Part shown: positions 44,429 to 54,839 of the stretch, one piece after another
How positions within the stretch are numbered: position 1 is the first letter of the stretch
Layout of the letters: the number at the start of each line of letters is the position of its first letter
Source: Ignavibacteriota bacterium
Lineage (GTDB): Bacteria; Bacteroidota; Ignavibacteria; UBA10030; UBA6906
Direction: 5' to 3'
NCBI GenBank assembly: GCA_963801355.1
Contig: CAWDEM010000004.1
Span: 1,440,001-1,504,000 of the forward strand
Length of the DNA stretch: 64,000 bases
The notes under the pieces: model-generated
What the model was told of the DNA's origin: nothing
What the model saw: only the letters and a program-made list of their open reading frames with translations
Databases searched by the model: none
Translations under genes and position numbers: made by a program

Positions 44429-47400
44429 TCACCAACGCAGCATGTGTACCACCTGAGCCAGAAGCACGAACTCCTGGTCCCCCGAGGATTTGTTGAGCAG
44501 GGTCGTCTGCAGACCTCGTTCGAGGGCCAGCGCTTTCTCCCGGTGTTTGTTGAACACCTCGAGTGACCACCTGGCGATGTCACTCGCGGGCTCTTTTCTT
44601 TTCCACTCTTCAAGCCTTGTCTGTGCCTCCCTCGTCTTCCCGGATGCGCGCAGTGCCAGTGCGCCGGCAAGTTTCGATGCACTTCCCGGCGTGCTTCGAT
44701 TGCGCGTGTACTTGCACACCTTCGAGAGGAGCACGGCAGAACCTTCTTGGTCCCCTTTCTGCTTCAGCAAGAAGGCTTCCAGGTAATCTTCGAGGCGCGT
44801 ATCGACGTCGTACGGCCTGCCCGCCCCGAGCCGCTCCGGCCACAAACGTGCCTGCCGCATCAGCGCGAGCGCTCCCTCGACGTCATTCTGAAGCGATTTC
44901 TGTGCAGCCAGGAGGATGCAGGCCTGGCGGTAAGCATCGTGCCCGTACCGGGCTCCCTCGAAGGGGAGGATTGTCAAGGTATCAAGAATTGCGTGACCGG
45001 CGCCATATTTCTCATTGAAGAGCAGTGTCCGCGCGAGGAGGAATTCCAGCACGTAGGAGTGCGGAAACCGTTCCACGGCGTGCTCGCAGACCCGCAAGGC
45101 TTCCACATACTGCCCCTGGGCGTTCAGGAATGTTGCCAGGGCGTTGTACGTACGCCATTCGCCGGGATCAACCTGCACCGCCTTTCGATAGTCCTGCAAC
45201 GCGCGTTGGGGTGCATCCGCCCAAAAACCTGCACGCGAAAGATAGAAGGGTCCGAAATCCGGCGTGTCTTCGCACGCGGCAAGCAACGTCCCGGCCTCCT
45301 CTTTTCTTCCCAGGCTCCACGCGAGGAGCGCGCGGTAGTACAGAATTTTCCAGTGATGTGCGCGCTGTTCTGCCCAGAGGAGAACCTCCCGGTCCTCCTG
45401 TCTGTGTGGAAAAACGAGTTGAGGGCTCGCAGCGAGCGCGCTGTCCAGCAGCTGTGCGCTCTTCTGGATCCGCCCGCTTCGTGATTCGAGGTAGGCACGC
45501 CAGAGAAGCACCATCGGGTGGTCAGGAGCCAGGGAAAGAATCTCCAGGGCATCCCCTGTCAGACCGAGCCTGGCGAAGTACGTGGCAAGTTCCAGAAAGG
45601 ATTCCTGGGGCAGTTCGTTGCGTATCATCCCGACAAAAGCATCGCGACTCTCCGGGGTCGGCGCCAGTCGGTATGCCACAAAACGCGCACAATGGTTCAA
45701 CGGATCAATGGCCAGAATGTCAGAGATGAATTCGCTCACGGCTGCGGAATCCCGGCGGTGTACGGCAGCAAGAGAACGCAGTTGCAGGGCCGGGATGTTG
45801 TCAGCACCGGCCCGGGAAGCGCGGAGTGCGAACTCCTCCGCATCATCCCATTGACCTTCGATGAATGCCATTTCGGCCAGCTGAAGATATGCGGCGGGAC
45901 GGTAGGCAGCCGAACGCGCGGCAATCCCGAACCCATCGCGGGCGTCGTACGGTTTCCCGAGGCTCCGCTGCGCCAGACCGTACAGGTAATTGCTCTCGGG
46001 ATCATAGGTGTCTACAGTGAGAGATCGCTTTGTGAAGGCCAGTGCCGAATCGTGATCCATCCTGCGAAGGTAAAGCTCGGCGGAACCCGAAAGCGCAGGC
46101 AGGAACTCCGGGTCTTTGTGCAAAGACGCCCGATATGACTCAAGCGCTCCCTTCGGATCGCGTTGGCGAACGCGCTCGCGGGCATCAACAGCCAAACCAT
46201 AAGCCGAATTCCAGTCAAAGGGTGTCTCCTCCTTCACCGGCCTCTCAAGAAGCCGCGCCGTATCGTCGCTGCTGCGGTAGTGAAGAAGGTTTCCGATGTG
46301 AATCTCAACATCGCCATCCGGCCTTCCGGCAACCACCGAATCCTGAACGACCTGTAGTGGCTGGAGCTCCACGGAACGCGAGAAGCATGGTTTGCCTTCG
46401 ATTGTCACCGTAATGACCTGCGTGGACTTTCCGGTAGGACAGAAGCCGAAGTGGAGCACACCGTTTGACGCGCGGACGTGCAGCACGCCGTCCGGCGTTG
46501 CCCGCGTGACGCCGCCGAGGTTTCTGAATGGGAACCATGTTTCATTGAAACGTTCGGAGGTCTGCGGGAGAAACGTCATATGCTTGAAAGGCGTCCTGCT
46601 GCTCTGCATCACCGCCTGATTGAAGTGGAGACCTGATTGGAGCTCGACATACTGGGTATTGCCCAGCGAGGAATCGGTGAGCAAACCCTTCCAGATTTCC
46701 CCTTCCCGTGAAAGTCCCCAGATCCATAGTTTCTTCCCTGGTTTGTCGGTATACCGGGACCAGTGGATGACGCCGAAATCATTCCAGCGTGCACCGAAAT
46801 AGTCGGTGAAGGCGCCCAGGACGTGGTACGATTTGTATGACCCGAACGCGTTGTTTTGATACCAGGAAAGATCCCTTCCCTGAGTGTCGACCGGCCATGG
46901 CGAAACCTCCCCGCCGTGGCTGATGTAGGTATTGCCCGGATAGATCAACTGGAGGGTCGAATCCGCGCCGGCCGCTGCGTTCATCCAATGATAGAGCGAG
47001 GTGCTCACCGCCGTGGGATTGTACCATAATGAACGTGTTTCCACCACGGCCCGGTCGGGCGGAAGCCGGATCTCCACGCGCCACTCCGTGCGCGAAGGAA
47101 GGTCAAGCGCTCCGACGATGCAGCTCACGCTTCCGTCGGCATTTGTGCGCGTGAGATAGTCCACGGGTGTGGCAGTCGCCGGAGTGTGTCCGATATCGCC
47201 GAAATTGAACTCGATCCCGCCGGATGTCCAGGGTCCGCGCATTGCGATTTCGCGGAACTTCATTACGCGGTTGTAATAAATGAACTCCCGTCCGGTGGAT
47301 TTTTCGAAGGCACCGAGAATCTTGCCCCCGATTTCCGGGGCGACAAGCACGCGGATGAACCGGTTCTCCAACGTGACAACCTTCCATGGACGATCCACCG

Positions 47401-47614
47401 GTGTCATGCTGTATCCCTGGTAACGGAAGTAGGGATAGATGTTGCTCATTCGTGCCACCGGATCCGGGTCGGAAAATGGATACGTGCGGAATGTCTGAAC
47501 GGTTTCAGAGATTGTCGCCCGCTGTGCCGGCGACTCGGCGCAGGGCCCCAGGAGCAGAAGCATTGCCGGGAGGATCAAGAAAAGACGAACATGTGATAGG
47601 GGCGACTGTTCCAT
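44429..47614 (-). CDS. DUF5107-type domain plus TPR repeat protein
   Basis: YPFSDPDP, LENRFIRV.V.PEIGGKI, GPWTSGGIEFNF, WMNAA, PGKKLWIWG, YVELQSG, then a long TPR region. Confidence 0.75.
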   Translation of the reverse strand: MEQSPLSHVRLFLILPAMLLLLGPCAESPAQRATISETVQTFRTYPFSDPDPVARMSNIYPYFRYQGYSMTPVDRPWKVVTLENRFIRVLVAPEIGGKILGAFEKSTGREFIYYNRVMKFREIAMRGPWTSGGIEFNFGDIGHTPATATPVDYLTRTNADGSVSCIVGALDLPSRTEWRVEIRLPPDRAVVETRSLWYNPTAVSTSLYHWMNAAAGADSTLQLIYPGNTYISHGGEVSPWPVDTQGRDLSWYQNNAFGSYKSYHVLGAFTDYFGARWNDFGVIHWSRYTDKPGKKLWIWGLSREGEIWKGLLTDSSLGNTQYVELQSGLHFNQAVMQSSRTPFKHMTFLPQTSERFNETWFPFRNLGGVTRATPDGVLHVRASNGVLHFGFCPTGKSTQVITVTIEGKPCFSRSVELQPLQVVQDSVVAGRPDGDVEIHIGNLLHYRSSDDTARLLERPVKEETPFDWNSAYGLAVDARERVRQRDPKGALESYRASLHKDPEFLPALSGSAELYLRRMDHDSALAFTKRSLTVDTYDPESNYLYGLAQRSLGKPYDARDGFGIAARSAAYRPAAYLQLAEMAFIEGQWDDAEEFALRASRAGADNIPALQLRSLAAVHRRDSAAVSEFISDILAIDPLNHCARFVAYRLAPTPESRDAFVGMIRNELPQESFLELATYFARLGLTGDALEILSLAPDHPMVLLWRAYLESRSGRIQKSAQLLDSALAASPQLVFPHRQEDREVLLWAEQRAHHWKILYYRALLAWSLGRKEEAGTLLAACEDTPDFGPFYLSRAGFWADAPQRALQDYRKAVQVDPGEWRTYNALATFLNAQGQYVEALRVCEHAVERFPHSYVLEFLLARTLLFNEKYGAGHAILDTLTILPFEGARYGHDAYRQACILLAAQKSLQNDVEGALALMRQARLWPERLGAGRPYDVDTRLEDYLEAFLLKQKGDQEGSAVLLSKVCKYTRNRSTPGSASKLAGALALRASGKTREAQTRLEEWKRKEPASDIARWSLEVFNKHREKALALERGLQTTLLNKSSGDQEFVLLAQVVHMLRW

Positions 47615-47853
47615 TGGGCACTTGCCTGTTGTTGGGGTAGCTACCGAGATCCACCCTCCAGCGGGTGCGATGTGTATCGTCAACGGTGGGGAATTGACTT
47701 ATCATACGCAATATTCCCGATTTGTGAAAGAAGCAACGGACCGGTGACCGGCCCTTGTTCTTGATTATCCCGTTCATAAGCTGTACTCTTTCGAGAGCAT
47801 CAAGCCCGTCCTTCTCTCGGTCCGAACCGCAATCAGACATCGGAGCCGCCCCA

Positions 47854-50463
47854 ATGAATCTTCGTTATCTCCTTGTTGCACTGCTCATCGTCACGCATTC
47901 CGGGGGCATCGCAGAATCACAGATCACGCCTGGAATCCTCCAGCGCTTTCAGACACTTCAACCCGGAGCTGATTTTCTCACGTTCCCCGAGGACCGGGAG
48001 CATCCCATCCGGCTTCGCGACGAGATTCCCGATGCATGGGTGTCGCGGACAGCAGGTGAAATGCGTCGATTTGCCGGATCAACGCGGCCCGGCGAGTACT
48101 TTGTATTCCAGATCGGCGTACTCGCGCACCGGAGAGATCTTGACCGGCTCACCGCGACATGGGTCCCCCTGCGGGGTCCTCAAGTCATTCCAGAATCCGC
48201 CATCACCTGTTTCAATACACAGGGGAGGGACCATCGCGGAAGACTGTTCAGCAAGGTGCTGCGGGTTACGCGTTACCGTATCCAACCGCTCTGGTTCGGT
48301 GTGCAGGTGCCGGCGAATGCACATGGGGTGTACCGGACATCAATTACACTCAGCGCGGCCGGCGTCACATCCCGGGCTGTAGAAGTTGTTCTTCACGTTT
48401 CAGGGGACCCCGTGGTGAACAACGGTTTCGACTCCTCCAGAACGCTTTCGCGTCTGGCATGGCTCAATACCGCCGTCGGAGCGGATGACCGGTGTTCAAA
48501 AGGATACGAGCCGATCCGCCGCGATGCACGTGGGCTCCACATTCAGGGTCGCACAGTCACGCTCGGTCCGGATGGGCTCCCGGCTGCGATCACATCGTTC
48601 TTTGAACCCTCCAATCAGTTCCTCGTCAACAAAGGGACACAATTGCTCCGCGACCGGTTCCGCTTCATCGTTGAGAAGCAAGATGGTTCTTTCATGCGGC
48701 TGGTTCCGGGAGAGCTTCGTTTTCGACAGGAGACCCCTTCTACCGTCGCATGGGAAATCAAGAGCAGCAGTCCCGAATGCGATCTGTTCTGCCATGGTCA
48801 GATGGAATTCGACGGCTTTCTGGACTACGCACTCACCGTGAAGCCCAGAAAGGCCATGGTGGTGCGTGACATCCGGCTCGAAATCCCGATGAACAGGGAA
48901 TGCACCGGCTACATGATGGGCCTGAACCACGAAGGCGGACTCCGTGCCGGCGGGTGGGAATGGCACTGGGACACCACGAAGAATCAGGATATGCTCTGGA
49001 TCGGGGACGTGAACGCCGGATTGCGCATCAAATGGAAAGCCGAGAACTATGTACGGCCACTCATCAATCTCTACTACGGGTGGGGTCCATTGCGTCTCCC
49101 GCCCTCCTGGGACAATGCAGGCAACGGTGGAGTCAGCATCGCCGATTCCGGCACCACGACGTATGTCAGAGCATATTCCGCGCCCCGCAGACTTTCGGCG
49201 GGAGAGGAGCTGCATTTCGACTTCGAACTCCTTGTGACGCCGTTCCGGACGATCGACACGGGAGTGCGCTGGGGCGACCGGTATTTTCACGGAGGCGGCA
49301 CCAATGCATTCCGCAAGATTGCCATGGCCGACAGTGTCGGAGCAAACATCATCAACATCCACCATGCCGAAGATCTCTATCCGTTCATCAATTACCCGTA
49401 TCTCGACGAAAACGTGCCGGCTCTTCGCCTGCTGGCCGACAGTGCCCATCGGGCACACAAACGGTTGAAACTGTACTATACCACGCGTGAACTGACAAAG
49501 AATCTTCCGGAGTTCTGGGCCTTCAACAGTCTCAACGGCGAGATCATCTATCCCGGGCCGGCGAGCGCCTGTACGACTATCATTAATCCGAAAGGACCGG
49601 ATGAGTGGCTGAAGAAGAACCTCAAGGAGAACTACATCCCCGCGTGGCTGAATTGGATCAAGGAGGGGCCTTTCCAGGGTGAACTGGACCTGGCCGTGAT
49701 CACTACTCCCGACGGCAGGTTGAACAATTTCTACATCGGTGGTCTGGACTGGATGCTGGATCACCTCGGCATCGATGGCGTCTATATCGATGATTCCGCA
49801 CTCGACCGCGAGACCGTGCGGCGGGCCCGAAAGCTGATTGACCGGTATCGCCCGGAAGGCCGGATTGACTTCCACAGCTGGAATCATTTCAACGACAAGG
49901 CCGGTTTTACCAATTGCCTGAACCTGTACATGGACCTTCTCCCGTACATCGATCTTGTCTGGATAGGTGAGATGCGGGATTACAATCGGTTGCCGGATCA
50001 CTGGCTGATCGAAGTCTCCGGCATCCCGTTCGGTCTGACCGGGCAAATGCTGAATGGCGGAGGGAATCCCTGGAGGGGAATGGTGTACGGCATAACAAAC
50101 CGGCCGGGATGGGCGGGAGATCCGTCACAGCTCTGGAAATTCTGGGACGCATACGGCATCGCATCAAAAAGCATGGTGGGGTACTGGGACAACGAGAACC
50201 CCGTGAAGACAGGGAATAGTCTCGTCAAGGCCACACTGTACAAGGGAGTCGGACAGTGCATTATTGCTGTCGCGGGGTGGGGGGACCAGGATCTGTCCAG
50301 TGCGCTCACACTTGACTGGAAAACGATCGGCCTTGATCCGGCCAGGTGCACGGTGAGCATTCCTGCCATTCCCGGTTTTCAGGAAGGCCGGCACAATGTG
50401 ACACTCGGAGATCTGACGATACCGGCGGGAAAGGGATATCTGATTGTACTGGAGAAGAATTGA
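47854..50463 (+). CDS. Secreted glycoside hydrolase-like protein (DUF6067/GH123-like)
   Basis: Signal peptide; [68 protein letters not shown]. Confidence 0.7.
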   Translation: MNLRYLLVALLIVTHSGGIAESQITPGILQRFQTLQPGADFLTFPEDREHPIRLRDEIPDAWVSRTAGEMRRFAGSTRPGEYFVFQIGVLAHRRDLDRLTATWVPLRGPQVIPESAITCFNTQGRDHRGRLFSKVLRVTRYRIQPLWFGVQVPANAHGVYRTSITLSAAGVTSRAVEVVLHVSGDPVVNNGFDSSRTLSRLAWLNTAVGADDRCSKGYEPIRRDARGLHIQGRTVTLGPDGLPAAITSFFEPSNQFLVNKGTQLLRDRFRFIVEKQDGSFMRLVPGELRFRQETPSTVAWEIKSSSPECDLFCHGQMEFDGFLDYALTVKPRKAMVVRDIRLEIPMNRECTGYMMGLNHEGGLRAGGWEWHWDTTKNQDMLWIGDVNAGLRIKWKAENYVRPLINLYYGWGPLRLPPSWDNAGNGGVSIADSGTTTYVRAYSAPRRLSAGEELHFDFELLVTPFRTIDTGVRWGDRYFHGGGTNAFRKIAMADSVGANIINIHHAEDLYPFINYPYLDENVPALRLLADSAHRAHKRLKLYYTTRELTKNLPEFWAFNSLNGEIIYPGPASACTTIINPKGPDEWLKKNLKENYIPAWLNWIKEGPFQGELDLAVITTPDGRLNNFYIGGLDWMLDHLGIDGVYIDDSALDRETVRRARKLIDRYRPEGRIDFHSWNHFNDKAGFTNCLNLYMDLLPYIDLVWIGEMRDYNRLPDHWLIEVSGIPFGLTGQMLNGGGNPWRGMVYGITNRPGWAGDPSQLWKFWDAYGIASKSMVGYWDNENPVKTGNSLVKATLYKGVGQCIIAVAGWGDQDLSSALTLDWKTIGLDPARCTVSIPAIPGFQEGRHNVTLGDLTIPAGKGYLIVLEKN

Positions 50464-50488
50464 AAACGCCGTGCATTTTGTGTACTTT
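50460..50488 (+). promoter_or_regulatory. Putative sigma70 promoter of glnS
   Basis: TTGAAA-N17-TACTTT; SD GGAG before ATG 50522. Confidence 0.5.
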
Positions 50489-50521
50489 AAACAATTCGAT
50501 CACGCACACCTCCGGAGTATC

Positions 50522-52213
50522 ATGGCTGTCAACGAAAAAGCTGATTTCGTCCGCGAAATCGTCGCGGAGGACCTCCGCACGGGCAAGTATCAGGGTCGGG
50601 TGCACACGCGCTTCCCTCCCGAACCCAACGGCTATTTGCATATCGGCCACGCGAAGTCCATCAATCTCAACTATGGGATCGCGAAGGAGCATGCGGGGGG
50701 GATGTGCAACCTCCGCTTCGACGACACGAATCCGGAAAAAGAGGAACAGGAATATGTCGACTCCATCATCGAGGACGTGAAATGGATTGCGGGTGACATC
50801 GAGGAGAGGGTCTTCTACGCCTCGGACTACTTCGAACAGATGTATCAGTGGGCGGTTGACCTGGTCAAGAAGGGGAAGGCGTTCGTCTGCGATCTGACTG
50901 CGGACGAGATCCGCGAAACGCGCGGCACGCTCACGGAGCCCGGGAAAGAAAGTCCGTACCGCAACCGCACTGCGGACGAAAACCTGGACCTGTTCACCCG
51001 AATGCGGAACGGGGAATTTCCTGACGGTTCCCGCACGCTCCGGGCAAAGATTGACATGGCGTCGCCGAATATCAACCTTCGTGATCCGATCATGTACAGG
51101 ATCGTCCATGAGTCGCACCACCGCCAGGGGGATGCGTGGCCGATCTACCCCACCTATGATTGGGCGCACGGCCTTGAAGACTCGATCGAACGCATTACCC
51201 ACTCGATCTGCACGCTCGAGTTCGAAAACCACCGGCCTCTCTACGACTGGTATCTCGATGCCCTGGATGTCTACCACCCCCAGCAAATAGAGTTTGCGCG
51301 GTTGAACCTCAGCTATACGGTGTTGAGCAAACGGAGGCTGTTGCAGCTTGTCCAGGGGAAGTTCGTATCGGGATGGGACGACCCGCGCATGCCCACCATC
51401 GCCGGTTACAGGCGGCGGGGGTACACGGCGGAGTCTATCCGTACTTTTTGCGAGAAGATCGGCGTCTCCAAAAAGGACAGCATCATTGATGTTGCATTGC
51501 TGGAATGGAGTGTCCGTGAAGATTTGAACGCCCGTGCGCAGAGGGCGATGGCCGTGCTCAACCCGCTCAAGGTGATCATCACAAACTATCCTGCAGGCCG
51601 GACGGAAGAGCTTTCATCGCTCAACAATCCGGAGGATGAAGCAGCGGGCACGCGCACGGTGCCGTTCTCACGCGAGATCTATATCGAGCAGGAGGACTTC
51701 CGCGAGGTCCCGCCGCCAAAGTATCACAGACTCAGCCCCGGGAAAGAGGTGCGATTGCGGTCTGCATATATCATCAAGTGCGAAGAAGTCGTCAAGGACA
51801 ACGCGGGGAACGTCATCGAGCTCCACTGCACGTACGATCCTGAAACAAAGAGCGGGGCACCTTCGGCCAATCGCAAGGTGAAAGGGACACTCCACTGGGT
51901 TTCAGCCCCCCACGCCGCCGATGCCGAGGTGCGTCTGTACGACCGGCTGTTCGTCAAGCATGACCCCAATGAAGTTGCCGAATCGGAAAGCTTCCTGGTC
52001 AACCTCAATCCGGACTCGCTGAAGGTTCTGTCACGGTGCAAAGTCGAGCCAATGCTGGCGCATGCAGCGCCCGGGGCACGCTTCCAATTTGAACGGATGG
52101 GATATTTTTGTGTAGATGCGAAGGACTCCAGACCGGGTGCACCCGTGTTCAACAGGATCGTGACCCTGAAGGATACCTGGGCCCGGATCGAACAGAAAGG
52201 GAAAGCCGGTTGA
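50522..52213 (+). CDS. glnS: Glutamine--tRNA ligase (no YqeY tail)
   Basis: [54 protein letters not shown], GlnRS anticodon barrels ([32 protein letters not shown]). Confidence 0.96.
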   Translation: MAVNEKADFVREIVAEDLRTGKYQGRVHTRFPPEPNGYLHIGHAKSINLNYGIAKEHAGGMCNLRFDDTNPEKEEQEYVDSIIEDVKWIAGDIEERVFYASDYFEQMYQWAVDLVKKGKAFVCDLTADEIRETRGTLTEPGKESPYRNRTADENLDLFTRMRNGEFPDGSRTLRAKIDMASPNINLRDPIMYRIVHESHHRQGDAWPIYPTYDWAHGLEDSIERITHSICTLEFENHRPLYDWYLDALDVYHPQQIEFARLNLSYTVLSKRRLLQLVQGKFVSGWDDPRMPTIAGYRRRGYTAESIRTFCEKIGVSKKDSIIDVALLEWSVREDLNARAQRAMAVLNPLKVIITNYPAGRTEELSSLNNPEDEAAGTRTVPFSREIYIEQEDFREVPPPKYHRLSPGKEVRLRSAYIIKCEEVVKDNAGNVIELHCTYDPETKSGAPSANRKVKGTLHWVSAPHAADAEVRLYDRLFVKHDPNEVAESESFLVNLNPDSLKVLSRCKVEPMLAHAAPGARFQFERMGYFCVDAKDSRPGAPVFNRIVTLKDTWARIEQKGKAG

Positions 52214-53631
52214 ACCGACTCCGCATAGGACTCTTTGGTGTTGGCCTGGATACCTACTGGGGCCAGTTCTCGGGGTTGCGGGAGAGACTGGAAGGCTATC
52301 TCGGGCAGATCAACACCCGCTTGTGCGGTTCCGGGGCTGAAGTGATTTCGGCCGGCCTTGTGGACAGCGTGGACAAAGCTCAACGCGCTGCCGGGTTGTT
52401 TGCGACGGAAAATGTGGGCATCGTGTTTCTGTATGTCTCGACCTATGCCCTTTCGTCCACGATTCTGCCGGCGGTGCGTACCGCGCACGTGCCCGTCATC
52501 GTTCTGAACCTGCAGCCGGAAAGCCGCATCGACTACGCCCGGTTCAATGCTCTCGGTGACCGCGGGACGATGACCGGAGAATGGCTCGCATTCTGCCAGG
52601 CGTGCGCGATTCCCGAAGTTGCGAGTGTCTTCCATCGTGCGGGAATACCGTTCCATCAGATTACGGGAACACTTGCCGACGCCTCGGTATGGTCGGAGAT
52701 TGATGAGTGGGTGGATGCCGCGCGGGTGGCGGAGACGATGCGGACGACCCGTCTGGGCATCCTGGGGCACTACTACAACGGCATGCTCGATGTGTACTCG
52801 GATCCCACGATGCAAACGTCGGTGTTCGGGACGCATGTGGAGCATCTGGAGATCGACCTTCTGAAGAATCTCCGGGGGAAAGTCACGCCTGCCGAGCTGC
52901 ACACAAAGATCGGGGAGATCCATCAGGCATTTGCAGTCTCCCCTGAATGCGTTCCCGCGGAGATCGAGCGGGCTGCGCGAACGGCCTGTGCGTTGGACCG
53001 CCTGGTTGCCGAGAAGAGCCTGGGAGCCATTGCCTATTACTACGAAGGAAATCCGGGCAGCGAAGAAGAAGATATCATTACATCGATCATTGTCGGGAAC
53101 TCGCTTCTGACCGCACGGCATGTTCCCGTCGCGGGGGAGTGCGAGGTGAAGAATGCCCAGGCAATGAAGATCATGGACGCCTTTGGCGCGGGCGGGTCGT
53201 TCAGCGAGTTCTATGCGATGGATTTTGATGATGATGTCGTGCTCCTCGGCCACGACGGTCCGGGTCACATCGGGATTGCGGAAGGGAAGCCTATTCTCAA
53301 GCCGCTGGGCGTCTACCACGGAAAGCCCGGGCACGGGCTCTCCGTGGAAATGCGTGTGCGGAACGGCCCGGTAACGCTCCTCTCAGTCGTCCAAACCCAT
53401 GATGGCAAGCTGAGACTTCTGGCCGCCGAGGGTGTATCCGTGCCCGGTCCGATTCTCGAAATCGGAAACACAAACAGCCGTTATCGGTTCGCCCCCGGCG
53501 TGAAGGGTTTTATCGATGGGTGGAGCAGGGAAGGACCGGCCCACCATTGTGCCATCGGTTTGGGGCGTGTTGCGTCCCGACTCCGCAAACTCGCTGCAAT
53601 AACAGGGATGGATTTCGTTCAGGTATGCTAA
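52210..53631 (+). CDS. L-arabinose/L-fucose isomerase family protein
   Basis: [53 protein letters not shown]; TTG start overlaps the glnS stop (TTGA). Confidence 0.82.
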   Translation: MNRLRIGLFGVGLDTYWGQFSGLRERLEGYLGQINTRLCGSGAEVISAGLVDSVDKAQRAAGLFATENVGIVFLYVSTYALSSTILPAVRTAHVPVIVLNLQPESRIDYARFNALGDRGTMTGEWLAFCQACAIPEVASVFHRAGIPFHQITGTLADASVWSEIDEWVDAARVAETMRTTRLGILGHYYNGMLDVYSDPTMQTSVFGTHVEHLEIDLLKNLRGKVTPAELHTKIGEIHQAFAVSPECVPAEIERAARTACALDRLVAEKSLGAIAYYYEGNPGSEEEDIITSIIVGNSLLTARHVPVAGECEVKNAQAMKIMDAFGAGGSFSEFYAMDFDDDVVLLGHDGPGHIGIAEGKPILKPLGVYHGKPGHGLSVEMRVRNGPVTLLSVVQTHDGKLRLLAAEGVSVPGPILEIGNTNSRYRFAPGVKGFIDGWSREGPAHHCAIGLGRVASRLRKLAAITGMDFVQVC

Positions 53632-54839
53632 GGACCACGTGGGAATGGAAGTCCGGCGTGCCGCATGTCTTGAGGGGAACATGGGCCCTGGCGCTTGTGG
53701 TGGTTTCGTGTTGCAGTGTCGTCGGCGGGGACCTCGTCTCCTCGAAAAGTGAAATTGAGCGCTGGGAACGCCCGCGCATTCTCAGGTTGGCAGACAGCCT
53801 CCTGACAACCGAACCGCAGACAATCACGGCCATTCCTTGCGGGAGGAGCGCCGGCGGGAGGCACGATTATTTTTCAGAGGGGGACTACTGGTGGCCTGAT
53901 CCGGATCACCCGCAAGGTCCGTACATCCGGCGGGACGGCCTTACCAATCCGGAAAACTTCGTGGCCCATCGCAACGTGCTGCGCTCGATGAGCATCACCG
54001 TCCCTGCACTCGTTGCCGCGTTCAAGGTCACCGGTGACCGGCTGTATGCCGATCGCGCTATGGAGCATCTCATCGCCTGGTTCATCGATACCACCACGAT
54101 GATGAACCCCCACTTCACATATTCCCAGGCTATCAAAGGTATCTGTACCGGGCGGGCACCGGGGGTCATCGACGGCATTCACTTGGCTGAAGTCGCCCAA
54201 TCCATCAGGGCCCTGGAGCGGTCGGGCTATCTCAAGGGTGCCGATCTGGCTTCGCTGAAAAACTGGTTCCGGCAATTGCTGTGGTGGCTTACCACACATC
54301 CGTACGGTCTGGAAGAACGCGGCCTGGGAAACAACCACACGGTCTGTTGGACTGTCCAGGTCGGCGCATATGCGCTGATGTTGAATGACAAAGAGCGGTT
54401 GGATTCGTGCGTTGCCTTCTTCAAGAACGTACTGCTGCCCGATCAGATGGCGGGCGACGGGAGCTTTCCGAAGGAACTGCAACGGACCAAGCCGTATGGG
54501 TACAGCCTGTTCACCCTCGATGCGATGGCAATGGTCTGCCAGATTTGCCTGCTGGGCAGGGAGGACCTGTTCGCGTTTGCGTTGCCTGATGGACGGTCAT
54601 TCAAACGAGGTATGGAGTTCATGGTCCCCTTCATTCGGGACAGGAGCACCTGGCACAAACCTCCTGATGTCATGTACAACGACTACTGGCCTGTCAGGCA
54701 CCCGGCGCTGCTCCTTGCCGGGCTGGCATTTCATGAACACTCCTACATAGAGCTCTGGAAATCACTCGAGGCGGATCCGTCGGTGGAGGAAGTGGTGCGG
54801 AATTTTCCGTACCGTCAACCGGTGCTCTGGCTCGACTGA
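53625..54839 (+). CDS. Alginate-lyase-fold polysaccharide lyase (PF05426/PL38-like)
   Basis: HDYFSEGDYWWPDP, PYIRRDG.TNP, MNPH..YSQ, NNH catalytic motif, DGSFPKELQRTKPYGYSLF; start uncertain. Confidence 0.82.
   Translation: MLRTTWEWKSGVPHVLRGTWALALVVVSCCSVVGGDLVSSKSEIERWERPRILRLADSLLTTEPQTITAIPCGRSAGGRHDYFSEGDYWWPDPDHPQGPYIRRDGLTNPENFVAHRNVLRSMSITVPALVAAFKVTGDRLYADRAMEHLIAWFIDTTTMMNPHFTYSQAIKGICTGRAPGVIDGIHLAEVAQSIRALERSGYLKGADLASLKNWFRQLLWWLTTHPYGLEERGLGNNHTVCWTVQVGAYALMLNDKERLDSCVAFFKNVLLPDQMAGDGSFPKELQRTKPYGYSLFTLDAMAMVCQICLLGREDLFAFALPDGRSFKRGMEFMVPFIRDRSTWHKPPDVMYNDYWPVRHPALLLAGLAFHEHSYIELWKSLEADPSVEEVVRNFPYRQPVLWLD

Noticed and set aside
48496-53334. 516-, 326- and 536-aa antisense ORFs over the GH123-like, glnS and isomerase genes
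   Set aside because: Stop-poor reverse frames caused by GC-rich codon usage; no independent signals.
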